A stretch of 63,477 nt of DNA, the filler included, from Hyphochytrium catenoides (taxonomy: Eukaryota > Protista > Hyphochytriomycota), in the NCBI GenBank assembly GCA_900088475.1. It is 11 parts of 11 records of this genome, joined end to end, with 100 filler letters (N's around TTAATTAATTAA, not from the genome) between each part and the next. Parts side by side here need not be neighbours in the genome. Positions count along the whole stretch, not along the records: positions 29,061 to 46,079 come from FLMG01004351.1; 10 more parts are not named here. The stretch is one strand, 5' to 3'. Below are positions 34,169 to 46,179 of this stretch, in pieces (positions within the stretch are counted from its first letter, which is position 1; each line of letters starts with the position of its first letter). A model generated the notes under the pieces. That model had not been told where the DNA came from. It ran no database searches and saw only the letters and a list, made by a program, of their open reading frames with translations. A program made the position numbers and the translations under genes.

Positions 34169-35548
34169 ATGAGTAGTGTCAGCACCAAGGATGTAGCGGT
34201 GGCTTGTCCTGCTGCTTTCCGTGAACACAAGTACCTTTTGACGGTCCCGGAAGGGCTTGAAGACCTAGCCCTTGCAGAAGTTGAAGAAGTTTGTGAGGAT
34301 CTTGCTGTCCAATGGCAGGGAAGAGGAGTCCTGCTTGTTGACTCTTCATCATCACCTTCCATTCTCTGTAATCGTCTTCGATCGGTACACGCTGTCTCTC
34401 TCTATGTAGTCCATCGTCTCATCGACCCTGCAAGAGCTCCTCTTTCTTCCCTCGAGGATATTGCCAAGACACTGGACTGGCCCTCCATATTCTCTCTATG
34501 GTCTAGTCTCTCCCTCTCTTTCTCCTCTTCTCTCTCTTCTTCGGAACGTGCAGAACCAACAGAACCAACATTCCGTGTGACCTGCTACAGGAGAGGCTCG
34601 CATCTTTTCAACAGCAGCGAGGTAGAGCGGGCCCTAGGTGCAATTGTGGCTTTCCAGACGGGCTTGAAGGGCAAGATGAAAGACTTTGATGCGGATGTGG
34701 TGGTAGATGTGCGGGATGACCAAGTGACAGTGAGGATGCCGCTGCACCCACGAACTCTTTCTCTGAGAAACAGAAGAGAGCTGGGAAGGACCACTCTGAA
34801 CAGGTAACCAAGAGTGACAAACAGTCGTTGTAGAGAAGTGACCCTTGGTGATGAGCTTCTAGTAGACTTGGTTCTCTCTCTCTTTCTCTCTGTGCCTCTG
34901 TTGTTTGTCCCCAGTCTGCAACGTCTTCAAGGTTACGCCTCACATCCCGCGCCATGTCTGCCCCTTGAAACGCTTTCCTTCGACGTTTCTCTTTTCTCTC
35001 TTCCATTCAGCGCTGTAGCTTACTGCGTAGGAAGACTCGCGAACATTCAGCCCGGAATGCTAGTGGTTGATCCTTTGGCTGGCGTGGGATCCATTCCAAT
35101 AGAGGTGTCTCTCTCCTGCGGTGACTCCCTCTTCTTAGCGGGCGACATACACTTGGAGTCATGCCGCAAGGCAACCGCCAATGCCTATCTCCCCTGGACG
35201 ATACCTTGCGAAGGAACTGAGAAGAAAGGACTTTGTGACGTTGTCCAATGGGACGTCAAAAGACTTCCTTTGAAAAAAGACAGCGTTGACATTGTAATCT
35301 CCGATCTTCCATTCGGCTTCCGCCACGGCTCTTTCCGACAAAATCAGAGGCTATATCCTGCGATGATGAAGGAGTTGGGAAGAGTGATAAAGACTGGAGG
35401 CAGAGCTTTTCTTCTTACCACTGAGAGAAAGGTTATGCAAAGAGTACTGGAACAGAAGACAGTGAAGCCACTCTGGAGAGTGGAAGATGAGAGAAAGGCA
35501 GAAGTCGGAGGCTTTCTTGCCTCTCTTTGGATTTTGCTTAGGATCTAG
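34169..35548 (+). CDS. THUMP-domain tRNA guanine methyltransferase (THUMPD3/Trm14-like); exons 34169-34803 and 35011-35548
   Basis: TVPEGLEDLA..EV; TFRVTCYRRGSHLFNSSEVERALG (THUMP); TTLN-SAVAY across the intron; DPLAGVGSIPIE; VDIVISDLPFG. Confidence 0.88.
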
Positions 35549-35667
35549 CTTCTACTATCCTTGGGGATGAAGCATACTCTCTAGCTGGTCGCCCGCTGAG
35601 TTCCATTCTCCTGTTTTGCTGGCACAGTCCTTTGTGCAGCACATTACACCCGTCCCCTAACCCGAAT

Positions 35668-38079
35668 CTAGTCGTCAATGACGACCACCTCTTCTCTCTT
35701 CCTTTTGAGACCAGTCTCTCCTCCATTGCTCTCTTTTGCATCCGCCTTCTTACCCTTTATGGACGCAGATGAGATTGGAGCGGAGGCCGGTGGAGATGAC
35801 TTGGAAGTTGATTGGGTTTCTCGGAGTTTGTCGAGGTCTATCAGCCCAAATAGGCCAAAGTGATCGGATGGCCAAATCCCTTCTGCGATGGGCTGAACTC
35901 CTTGCTGCTCCACAGCTACAATGGCATCTCGCGGGACCTAGAGCGCGGTCATGGTGATTGACGACGTGTGATGAGGCGACGACGAGTACATAGTTCTGCT
36001 GGCTTGCGGCAGAGAACCTAACCTGCAGTTTCCCCGCCACCGGGCCACCGGTACTAAACAGAATCCTGTCGAACCGACTAACATAAGGGCGGTGAATCAT
36101 CTTGTTCCTGGTGCCATCATACGTGGCCGCGCCTTGTCTGCCTGGACCTTGGAGAGAGCGGAGGGAACAAAGCAACAATATAGAGACTGGTGTAGGGACA
36201 CTCGCCGGAGTTGCTCCCTGTCATGATAATGGTGGTCCTTACCATGATGCAGTTGCCACAAGTCAATCCACCCGTCGCCCAGCCCGGCTGTGGCCTGCGC
36301 GGAGAACCTTAGACGGTAGATGGACGAAAGGTGACGACAAGAGTGACCACAAATATTGAACCAGACGACTCTTTTGGGCACGGCTCTCCTCCGTTTGTGC
36401 TCGAAAGATCAAAATGCATCGCCTACCATCTTATAACGATAGACCTCTTCGTCCATGCTTCCCAGATCGCCACCGTTCCTTGTCCTAACGAGATCCAAAA
36501 ACTCCACCTAGGGGAGGAAAATGAAGGGTCAGTCAGAAGAAGGAGATTAATGTCGCCTTTTCGCTAGTTAATCCATTCTGCTCATTCCGCACCTTCTACG
36601 CCTCTATCCAATCTCTCTCTTCACTTCTGCTAATAGCTTTCATGCTAAGGCGCATACCACCATCAGTAAAGCACTTTGAAATTCATCCTAAGGCTAGCTG
36701 CCCAATGCGTATAAAATCTACCTCTACCTGCTTAGCTTCCTTAAGGCCAGAGTAACCAGGGATAGCCCGCGCAGGTATATGATCGAACTCTCCGGCCTTT
36801 ATGAAGCAAGAGGCGTGATAAAACATATCTATTTCCTGTGTCATGCCGTTCGCTGCCAATGGCTTGAAACCGTGGAGAGGTAGATGCGACGACGAGACGT
36901 GAAGCAGCTTAGCACTCCACCATTACGAGGGGTCAGGCGGGACTGGCATCAAACGCCCGCAGTAGTAGAGAAGAATCTCACCCCTTCACCCTTCTTGACG
37001 GCTCGGGTTTCTCCAGCAGGAATCTTTTCTTTGCAAATGCGGCAAGAAGATTTGCCTGCGGAAGTGTCATACCCGTGAGCAGAGTTCCCTTCCAACCGCT
37101 GGGTTGTCGAGAGTCAGAATAAAAGGAACCGCCAGGAAAGTGTGGAGTGCACTCTGAAGGTGAATGGCAAGAGCACGTTGATATGCATGAGGACCTAGGA
37201 AAAGAAGACAGGAGCGAGCAGATAGCACAAATGCATGGAGACCTGACTTTGCTGCCTCTAGCCGCTGGAACTGGCTGCCTGTCTCATTCTCTAGCTCTCC
37301 ATCAAGAACGTTCAAGTCTCCCATAAATACCGCACCCAAAGCACTCTCTTTAGATGCCCTGCAGTGTACATGAGGCGTAGGTACTTGCTCGACCGGGAGC
37401 ATACGTACATCTCTCTTAGAAGCGTGAAGCTCTCGTGAAGCTGGGCTCTTCTTCTGTATCTGCTTTGGGGGAGGCTCTCAAGATGTGAAGTCCCTACCAC
37501 GAAGGTATTGTTTGAGCCTACGTCAATCTTGAGATAAGTCTTAGCCCCATCAAAAGGACGAGTCGAGGAGCTACTGGTTGCCACAAAGAACCTTACCTCC
37601 ATGTAGACCAGCTCTCGGCCCATCTGAGAATTTGGGAAGTGATGGGTCCCAACTTTTATTACCGGGAGGGCACTCATTAGAAGGCTATAGTAGACTTCTG
37701 ACCGTGGTGGGCATTGGGCTATGCTAGTATGGAACAACCCAAACCAGTCCTACCCAGGACAAGGAGTGAACCCATGATTGAAGATGGGCAAGCGGGCAAC
37801 AAGAACTCTGCTACCTGCCTCTGGAGCAGACTTAGAATCGTAGGTGTGACCTCCTGTAGAGCTATGACAGCGGGCTTCAGTGCCTTTATGATCGCTCCGA
37901 TGGCCTACAAAGAAACGTAAAAAGCGTCATGCTTAGGGCGCATTTCTTCGCGCGAGTTCGGTACTATTCCCTAGTGAACTCAGTTCTAAGCTTTCCTTGT
38001 GAACACGCACCTGCATTCGAACTTCGAGGTGTACTTCCTCAAACCACACATTGTAGGTCAAGAGCGAGAGCCTCTTCAT
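35668..38079 (-). CDS. TDP2: TDP2-like EEP-family tyrosyl-DNA phosphodiesterase with an internal PARP-type zinc finger, multi-exon
   Basis: LTYNVWF, IALQEV, NSQMGREL, GTSHLES, FMGDLN, GWIDLW, TYD, SRFDRI, WPSDHFGL in order. The start ATG at 38079 is tentative. Confidence 0.85.
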
Positions 38080-39152
38080 TGTAGCTGTCAAGGATGCCGA
38101 TTAGCTTACAGAGTTCCTTATCTTCTTGCCCAAAGCGAAGGAAAGACTCTATTAGCCTCAATCGCTGGGCCTAGAACCGTCCTCGAGCTCAGCTCCGTAG
38201 CAAAAGTAGAGATATCTCCGATGACGTTGGTATTGGCCCGCGGACTGTCGAGACTTAAGCCTTTATCGCGCTCTTGGGATGATGGAAGGCATCCAGCCCA
38301 TCACGCTCTCGCACACACTCTCCTTCCCCCGTCGAGTGCTGCGGAAGGCCTGCGGCAGGACAGCAATCGATTCTGAAGATGGAGGCGGAGCTTCACAGAT
38401 TTTTCGTGCTCTGCCGCACTTTTTGATCTTTTTTCTCTTCGCATCCACTTCGCGGGCAAAATGACGAACTTCGAAATTGTAAAATTTCGCCCAAGCTAAA
38501 AGCCATTCTCTGGGATTTGGGAGTATATTCCGTGGCAAACATGACAATACTGTTTCATTGCGCTTCTTACGATTTCACGCGGTCTCATCCTCCTTCTTGC
38601 GCTTGACATTCTCATGAGACAGACAAGCGAACGGCGCCAGGAGAGCATCTCAAGCAGCTTCAGGGACCTCGAGAGACCCGCCGCCGTACGCAGATGATGG
38701 TACGTGACCTCAAGCACCGCAGGTCGATGAAGCATCTAGGAAGACTTAGCAGGTTCTTTTTGCTTAGATTAGGATCCTGCTCTTGGTCATAAGAGGAGAC
38801 TTCGGTTCCGCATCAATGATGCTAAGGTTGGTGCTCCCATTACCATCTCCTGGGGAGAGTTCCATGTTTGGCCTCACCTGTCTCCGCCTCACCTGTCTCA
38901 AGGCCAGAGCACATTGATATCTGGAGACACAGGCCAAGATAAGTTAGAGTCGTAGTTCACGCGAATGACACTCACAGATGCGTGTGTCCTGTAGCAGTTC
39001 GGCTACAGGCAAGAAAACCGGTAGAACCAGCCGAGCAGAGCGCCCATTGGAAATAATGTTGTCACTGACAATTGGACCTAAATAGATAAATAACCAGAGC
39101 CCAGGGACTATGGCATAAATCATGTCCTGACCTAACACTGGCTAAGTCGCCA

Positions 39153-42130
39153 TCAAAGACTTTTCACTCTTTCATGCACAGCAGACTGAGAATCTAGGTT
39201 GCCTTGAAACTTGTCTTGCCACTTGAGGAAAGAATGGTGCTTCTCCCGATCGAAAATCTCTTCCTCTTCCAGACATCTACAGTCCTTCAGTACTGGTGTT
39301 AGCAGCTGCTTCTGAAGCTCCAGCTGTAATGCCTCCATTTCTTTCTCAAAGACACTTTTGCTGTCGTCGCTTCGGTCTTTCAGCACAGAGACTTTGGTCT
39401 GCCGCCTGCATGTAGCAGCGTCACTATATGTTGGCATCAATATAAACTTCTCTTGGACTCTCTTCATGTCCTCTGTCTGGTTATCCTCTCGTCGCACTCG
39501 TCCGAGCATTTCTATCTCCTCTTTGAGGACGTCAGTGAGAAACTCATAATCGACGTCCATGTCTATGCCGCACTCTTTCATTAGCTCCTCCCAATAGGCT
39601 TTGTACTCCGCATTGCGGAACTGCTCCTGAAAGCGACGCCTTCGTTGTTCTTTTGAATTGTGCAGGTCAATGCCCCAGAATTTGTCCACGCGGCACTGAA
39701 GAGCTTTGGAAGATGTGGTTGGAAAAGGGACAGAGCAAAAAGAATGTGGACATGCAGACTTAGGAGAGGTAGTATGGAGAGTGGAAGGAGAAAGGAATGC
39801 CGATCAACGCAATCTGATGGTGCATAGATAAAGTAACCAGTAAGAGAAGATGAGAGAGAGAGACAGGAGAGAGAAAGGAGAGGGGAGGATAGAGGGAAAG
39901 GAGAGGACGGAGAGAGTAAGAGAAAGCGAGGATCTAATATGCGTGAAGGTATTCAAAAGACGACAGTCCTGGACCGGAGGTTTTAAGTCTTTTACCTTCT
40001 TCACATCTCATCACGAGCCTTTCCCTGATTTGCTGGGTCACTTCCAGGAGTAGATTTTGCAGCTCGATACGCCGCTTCTCCAGGTCGACGCAGCGTTGTT
40101 CGTACGCTGTTGTCTCTCTTCCAACAAGCCGCAGGAAGGCTTCCTTATTCTTTTCCATATGCCGCTCCACTCCTCCATAGAACATCGCATCACTTTTCCT
40201 CTTTTCCTCCTCTCTCGTCCATACTAGCTCCTCTCTCTCATCTCGTGCGATTTGAAGCGCCCTATCAGCTTGGCTACGCAAGATGTAGGCCTCATACTCT
40301 CTCTCTTCCTCCTGGACTTTTCTCTTCAAATCGCGTCTCCTCATTATCTCCACTTCATCTTCCATAGCCTCTGCCTGATGACGCCTCATCTCTTCGAAGA
40401 GATTCTCCTTTGCCATCTGTAGCCTTCTGGCAGCGTCTTCCTGCTTTTTCACCAACACCTCAGCTCTTCGCTGTTCCTGTGCCTTCTGTCTCTCACGGAG
40501 TAGGGCTCTCAAACTCCTCATCTCCCCCCGTGTTGATTGGTCCTCATTTACGGCTCTACGTACGCATTGGCGAACAAGGGAAACAAATAATAAGTATCAG
40601 AAAGAGAGGAAAAGAAAAATGATCAGGGAGTAACAGGAGCGACCAGCCAAGCAAAGAGGGTATATAAGAAGGAAGTTAAGGAAGGACCAATGAGAATACA
40701 TATCGACGGATAGATAGATGAACAGCGAGAGTCAGCCAATTGTGACAACAAGGGCAACGAGGTATTGGAGAGTGGAAGTCATAGCAAGTCATATCCAGTC
40801 ATATAACGTTCATGAGCACTTCAGAAATCGCAGCTCGCAAGAGGCGTCACGCCTGGCGGCCCGCCTTACCGTGGACCGATGATAGACAGAGGAAACGAGT
40901 CGAGAAAGAGCTTGGTACTCCGCAAAGCTTCTTCATCCTCCGCGTCACCACGCAGGGGAACGAGAGGGGCCGCCTTGAGAACTTTGTGGGATGGACTGAG
41001 TGTCTTACAAGCGGCCTTAGCATGTAGTTTGTCTGGCGATCGACTGGGCATCGTGGAGAACGTTGAGAACCAGAGCGCTTTTGCTGCGCCGAGCTCCACC
41101 TCAAATCTTTCTAGCGTACATTTCTTCTCCGGAGACTGACCAGGCACCTCAGCAGATTTCTCTAGGAGAGATCCACATTGAGAACCGAGCTGACTTATAA
41201 TAGCGGCCTGCGACAATCCTAAGGATGCGTTCGTCTGTCTTCTGCTGCTATCAGGGGGTGGAAGAAGGTTGACCGAGCTCTCTTTATCCTTAAGGTTCTT
41301 TAGTATCATACTTTCATCTGCCTTATAATGTTGTACAAAGGCAAAGGAATCCTTTCTGCACGTAGGACAGAGGTTGCCAATGTCTATAGTCACCGCTGGC
41401 GCATAGCCTCGCAGATAGACAAGTTCTATATGTAAGGAGCTTGAGACCCTCTTGACAGGGGAAGAAGTGCTGCTTCCTTTAGCTCCCTCTTCTCTCTTTT
41501 TTCCTCCGCCTGACGGTAGCCCTGAGGCCACACCTGGCAGTTTGGCCTTGATCGAGGGAGAAAGAAGGGGCGTCGATTTGGTGGGCGAGGGGGAGAGAAC
41601 ATGGCTGTGTGCCCCTTCCAGGGGCGAAAGATGGTCTTCTCTGGTAAGAATTATATGATAGCCAAGCGCTTGAGAAGACCTATCGGTAGTACCAAAGAAA
41701 CTCTTTCGCTTCCCACCGGAGGTAGCTAGGATCTTCGCCTGCTGCTGTCGGAGGCTTTTTGTCCTCCTGTCCTCGGCCACAAAAGTGCAAACCTGACAGC
41801 CCCCAATCTCTTCCGCCGCACCAGCCTTGACCTCCCTCTGTAGCAGCAGAACCGAAGGTAACCGACCTCGTCCAGGAGCGAAAGAAGCAGGATCTCCCAG
41901 TCGTTTTAGGGCTTCCCGTCGTGGAGAATCGAGGTCATTTGAGCTCTCCGTAGTTAGGGAACTGTCAGTTGAGATTTTACTGGTTGACGTGCTCTGCCTG
42001 CTAAGGGTCGGCAGCGCTGCATTATGGCGCCCAATGAGTTCCTCCAAGCCAATCATGCTATCTATTAGACCATGAAACCTCCCTTTCCTCTCCCCCTCCA
42101 CATTGGCAAGACCTGAAGCCTAGGCTGGCG
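39153..42130 (-). CDS. Uncharacterised multi-exon protein with Ser-rich and coiled-coil regions
   Basis: Three long same-strand ORFs (40866-42101, 39934-40521, 39153-39689) with plausible splice sites and E/R/K/Q-rich heptads; no family recognised; 5' end not resolved. Confidence 0.55.
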
Positions 42131-43258
42131 CTGACTGCACGCATGCAAGCTTCGCAGGGACAGACGCCACCATGGACCAAGAAGGGACTATCATAGCCAC
42201 TATAACTTGCCTATAGTAGTGTCCTCATCAGAAGTCAGTCATCACATTGAATCCCTCAAGAGTATGCACATCAAAAGGTCAGACTGGCTTCGCAGCTGTC
42301 CAAAGCCCTGAGCACCGCTGTCCTGGAAGAATGACCAAAGCGGCAATAAACCGTGGGAATGCTTACTATGAACTCCACACAGTACATTGTTTTTGACCCT
42401 CTGAGCACCCCCAGGACATGGGGTCCATCATCCAAAAGGCGTTACAAACTTGCCACTTGTACCCAGCCCTAGCGTGGCAGTAGTAATATCTTAAATCGTC
42501 TTTCGGCCATTGGTTGGGATACTACTACTACTTGGAACCAGGTGCATACTTGTACAATGTTTGGACAAATAAGCTTTCTGTGAGGCTACGAAGGGACATC
42601 TGGGATGCGGGGATACAACAAGTGCGCACAGCATTTTTCTCCTCTAATTTTCGTGTGTATACGGGGAGCAGTGTTGGTGTTGTGTGGCAACCTGTCTCTG
42701 AGGGCCTCGATACAGATATAATTCTCTCTGGTCCAAGAGAAAGGTATGTGCGATTATGTTTGTTGATTGTGGGCACATTTTTAGTGCGCTTTGAAACTTT
42801 GTAAGCAGGGCTCATCTACCAGGTTGTGCCATCTCATGACTCATGACAGAGAGAGCAGGGAAGGGCAGGAGAAGGACGAGCGCAGTTGTCCAGACCACGA
42901 AGATTGCAGGTGATCACAATGATTGTGGTGCCGGCTGTTTTTATCTCTTTCGGTGGCTTCGCGTGATCCTCTGTCTTCCGTAGCCTCCCTGGTGCATGCT
43001 CTTGTCTGAAGAGGGACAGTTCTCCCTTTGTATAGCTTATGGCGGCCGCCTCCTGCTGCTGCTGCCAGACTCCTCGTTGCTTGCGCCGGTCTTTTGCATT
43101 TTCTTGCCTCTTCAGCACCAAAGGATTGCCGGCGTCCCCCTCGTGGTCCGCCACCAGTGCCTCAGTTTCTATCCACCTATCGGCAGGAGCAGAAGTCTAA
43201 ACGATTTCTCTATTGTCCGAAGAGGCAACTTGGTAGAGTTGTAAGCAGCGAGAGGAAA

Positions 43259-44521
43259 ATGGGTCACGAGGAAGGGCTGGTTGTGGACCAGGGCCTTCTG
43301 ATCCCGACATACTTTTACCCAGGAGAGTATTGGCTTCAACTTCATGATTCCTACGTTCCATCTACTTTCGCGATTATTAACCCCAATAGTGGTGTGGGTG
43401 AGAAGCTCAACCAGAACTATGTGGATCAAGTGAAAGCTTCCAAGGCAAAGGGAATCAAAGTACTTGGTTACGTCCACACCCGATATGGAGCAAGAGAGCT
43501 TGAAGAGGTCCTTCAGGAGATAAGAACCTTCAGGGAGTGGTATCACGTTGACGGGCTATTTATAGACGAGGTAAGCTGTTTTCTTACATGTGACATTATC
43601 CTCTTTATGTTTCGTTAGAAGTCCAGCTGCAGATCGGACAATTACTATTGCCCTGCCTGTGCTTAGATATCTCTGACCTTCATCGCATAGCGTTTAGCGA
43701 ACCTTCGTCTCCATTCGCCTAGAACGAAGCACGGTTGATTTAGTTCTGCCCTCTGGTGCCACGAGCACTGCGGTTAATGCATTGATGTTCACTGTGGAAC
43801 TTGTAGGCAAGCAGCGACGGTGGCAAGTTCGAGTACTATCTAGCTCTTTATAACTCAGTCAAGCAGGAGGCAGGGAACACCGCGACGGTGGTTCTCAATC
43901 CTGGGAGACACTGCCATGAGTGCTACATGCAGGCCTCAGATATCGTTGTGGTCTTCGAAGACTACTATAAAGAATATATAGAGAACTTTACGGCACCTTC
44001 GTGGACGAAGAAGTACCCTTCGTCAAGGTTCTGCCATCTGGTCCACTCATGCAAATCGGAAAAAGCAATGGTCCGCGCAGTAGATCTAAGTAAGACCCGG
44101 CGCTGTGGTTGGGTCTTCGTCACCTGCGGTGAGTTAGTCTTACAAGTCTCTGTCCTGGGAGGTTGGGCTCCTTTGTCACCGTTCAAAAATCTTACGGCCG
44201 TCAATCCTTTTTTTGTCCGTTTCGTCCGTCTTAGTGGCAGGCTCAAGCTGGTCCACTAAACCCTTTGCTTATCCTCTCTGTTTTTTCTTAGTTAACCCAG
44301 CACTCTCGTCCCGTTACTTTTTGACTGCTTGTTTGTTTCTCCGGGGTCTTTCCCTTCTTGTGTATAACGTTGTTTGAGGCTTTAACTCTTATTACCTGCT
44401 GTCCCTTGTAGGAGAAATGCCAAATCCGTGGGACAAGCTTCCGACGCCTAACTACTGGGCATTAGAGTGCAAGAAGGTGAAGGAGAATGTGTCAGTGGGA
44501 TGCAATTGCGTCGTCCAGTGA
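43259..44521 (+). CDS. Spherulin-4 / GH135 protein with C-terminal CaaX; exons 43259-43570, 43807-44128, 44412-44521; 247 aa
   Basis: LLIPTYFYP, IINPNSG, VLGYVHTRYG, VDGLFIDE, VLNPG, DIVVVFE, FCHLVH, GWVFVT, NPWDKLP; both GT-AG introns keep frame; ends VGCNCVVQ*. Confidence 0.9.
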
Positions 44522-46179
44522 CCACCATTCCTTTAGTACTAGATGCCTTCTCAACTATTTATAGACTCTTAACAGATTGTGTGGGGCACCTTTCTTACTC
44601 GAACATGACTGAAGCTGTCCGTGAGGGAGGCCCGACTTTTGACACTTCTAGGGGCTTATTAGCGCTTTTTGATCGTTGGGTTTGAGACATCTTTGTATGT
44701 CTTGCGTCATCTCTTTTTGTCAAGTTTTCCGGTGCACATCTTTGTCGATACCTGCAAACAAAACGATTCTTGGTAATAGACCACTCCCGCAATATGTCTC
44801 CCTCTTGTAAAGCTTTCTGAAAATGCTCTCGCAGACAGTAAACTATACAAAGTGAGAATGACCACATGCCGTCCAAGACATCACCTGGCAGTCCACAAAA
44901 GTCTTCCTCCTACATTTCCGCACGCCACCCACCACTGGTGCTGATGCCTAACTTACCATGATAGATATGCTGCTGCTGGTAGCGGCAAGAAGGAGGGCAA
45001 TTCAAAAAGCTCTTTCTATGGGAAGATGCTCAAAAGCCTTTCAGCAGGGAAAGGAGGCTCCATACAGTTGCAGCTTCTTCTTGTTATGCCGTACGCGGAC
45101 CATCACTCTCTCCTGCTCTAATGCAGGACTGACGGACAGGCGCCCAGTCAACGACAGCAGAATAGGCTCTAACTACCTTCCCTAATAATAATAGTCCTAT
45201 AGAACTACCAGTAAGGCAGCAGGCTCCTCCTCTGTCTCCCTGTGCGTTATGATAGACTCTACTGCTAGGAGACTCTACTGTTTTATCACGTGTACGTCGA
45301 TGTTAGATCCAGTGTGAGGCTGTACAGGGACCTCGTTGTGTGTGCATAGAAGGTCAAGAGGCATTTTCTAAATCCTAGTTGTGAAGCTGCATGAGACAGA
45401 ATCGTGTAGAGATGTTAAAATAAGATGGTTTTATGACATAGTAAACGCTAGCCTAAGAAGGACTTGTGGAGTGAGACAGAGTGGCGGTGAGAAGGCAGGT
45501 TTTGTTGCGGTCACAAAGGATAAGAAGCTGCCGCATCATGTCCTAGTTCTGATGATCATCTTTCCTCTGTTGTCCCTTCTGCTGCTTGGGCGGCGAGCTA
45601 GTGCAGCCCGCAGCGCGTCCTCCTCCGCGTTAAATGCCGACAGGACCGACAGAGAAAGAACTTAGAGCTTCGCCATCGAGCATGCTTCAAGAGGTTGCGA
45701 TTGGCGTCTGTTGCTGCTTTTAACGATCTGAGAGAGGATTCGCGGAGGGGCGTTCTTCTGATGGAAGTTGAAGAGAGCTGCTGAAGTAGAGATCTTGTCA
45801 TAAGGTTCTGCCATCTCGGTAGGAATCTACCGGGAGAGGAGAAAGAAAGCAGATGTCAAGCTTGACACTACGGAACCTCAACGGGCCCATGGTGCAAGCC
45901 GGCAAGTAAGAGACCAAAGTAGTTTATCATAATGCCTCTTCTGTTCAGTTGGGCTCATCCCCTGTCTGGCACTATTTCCGCTGCATTGAAGATCAGGCTT
46001 GATTGCATTGGATGCGGACGGCAGAGCAGTCGTCGAAGTTTTTGAGAACCAGCGCCGAGTGCTGAGGTGGGAGAGTGCANNNNNNNNNNNNNNNNNNNNN
46101 NNNNNNNNNNNNNNNNNNNNNNNTTAATTAATTAANNNNNNNNNNNNNNNNNNNNNNNNNNNNNNNNNNNNNNNNNNNN

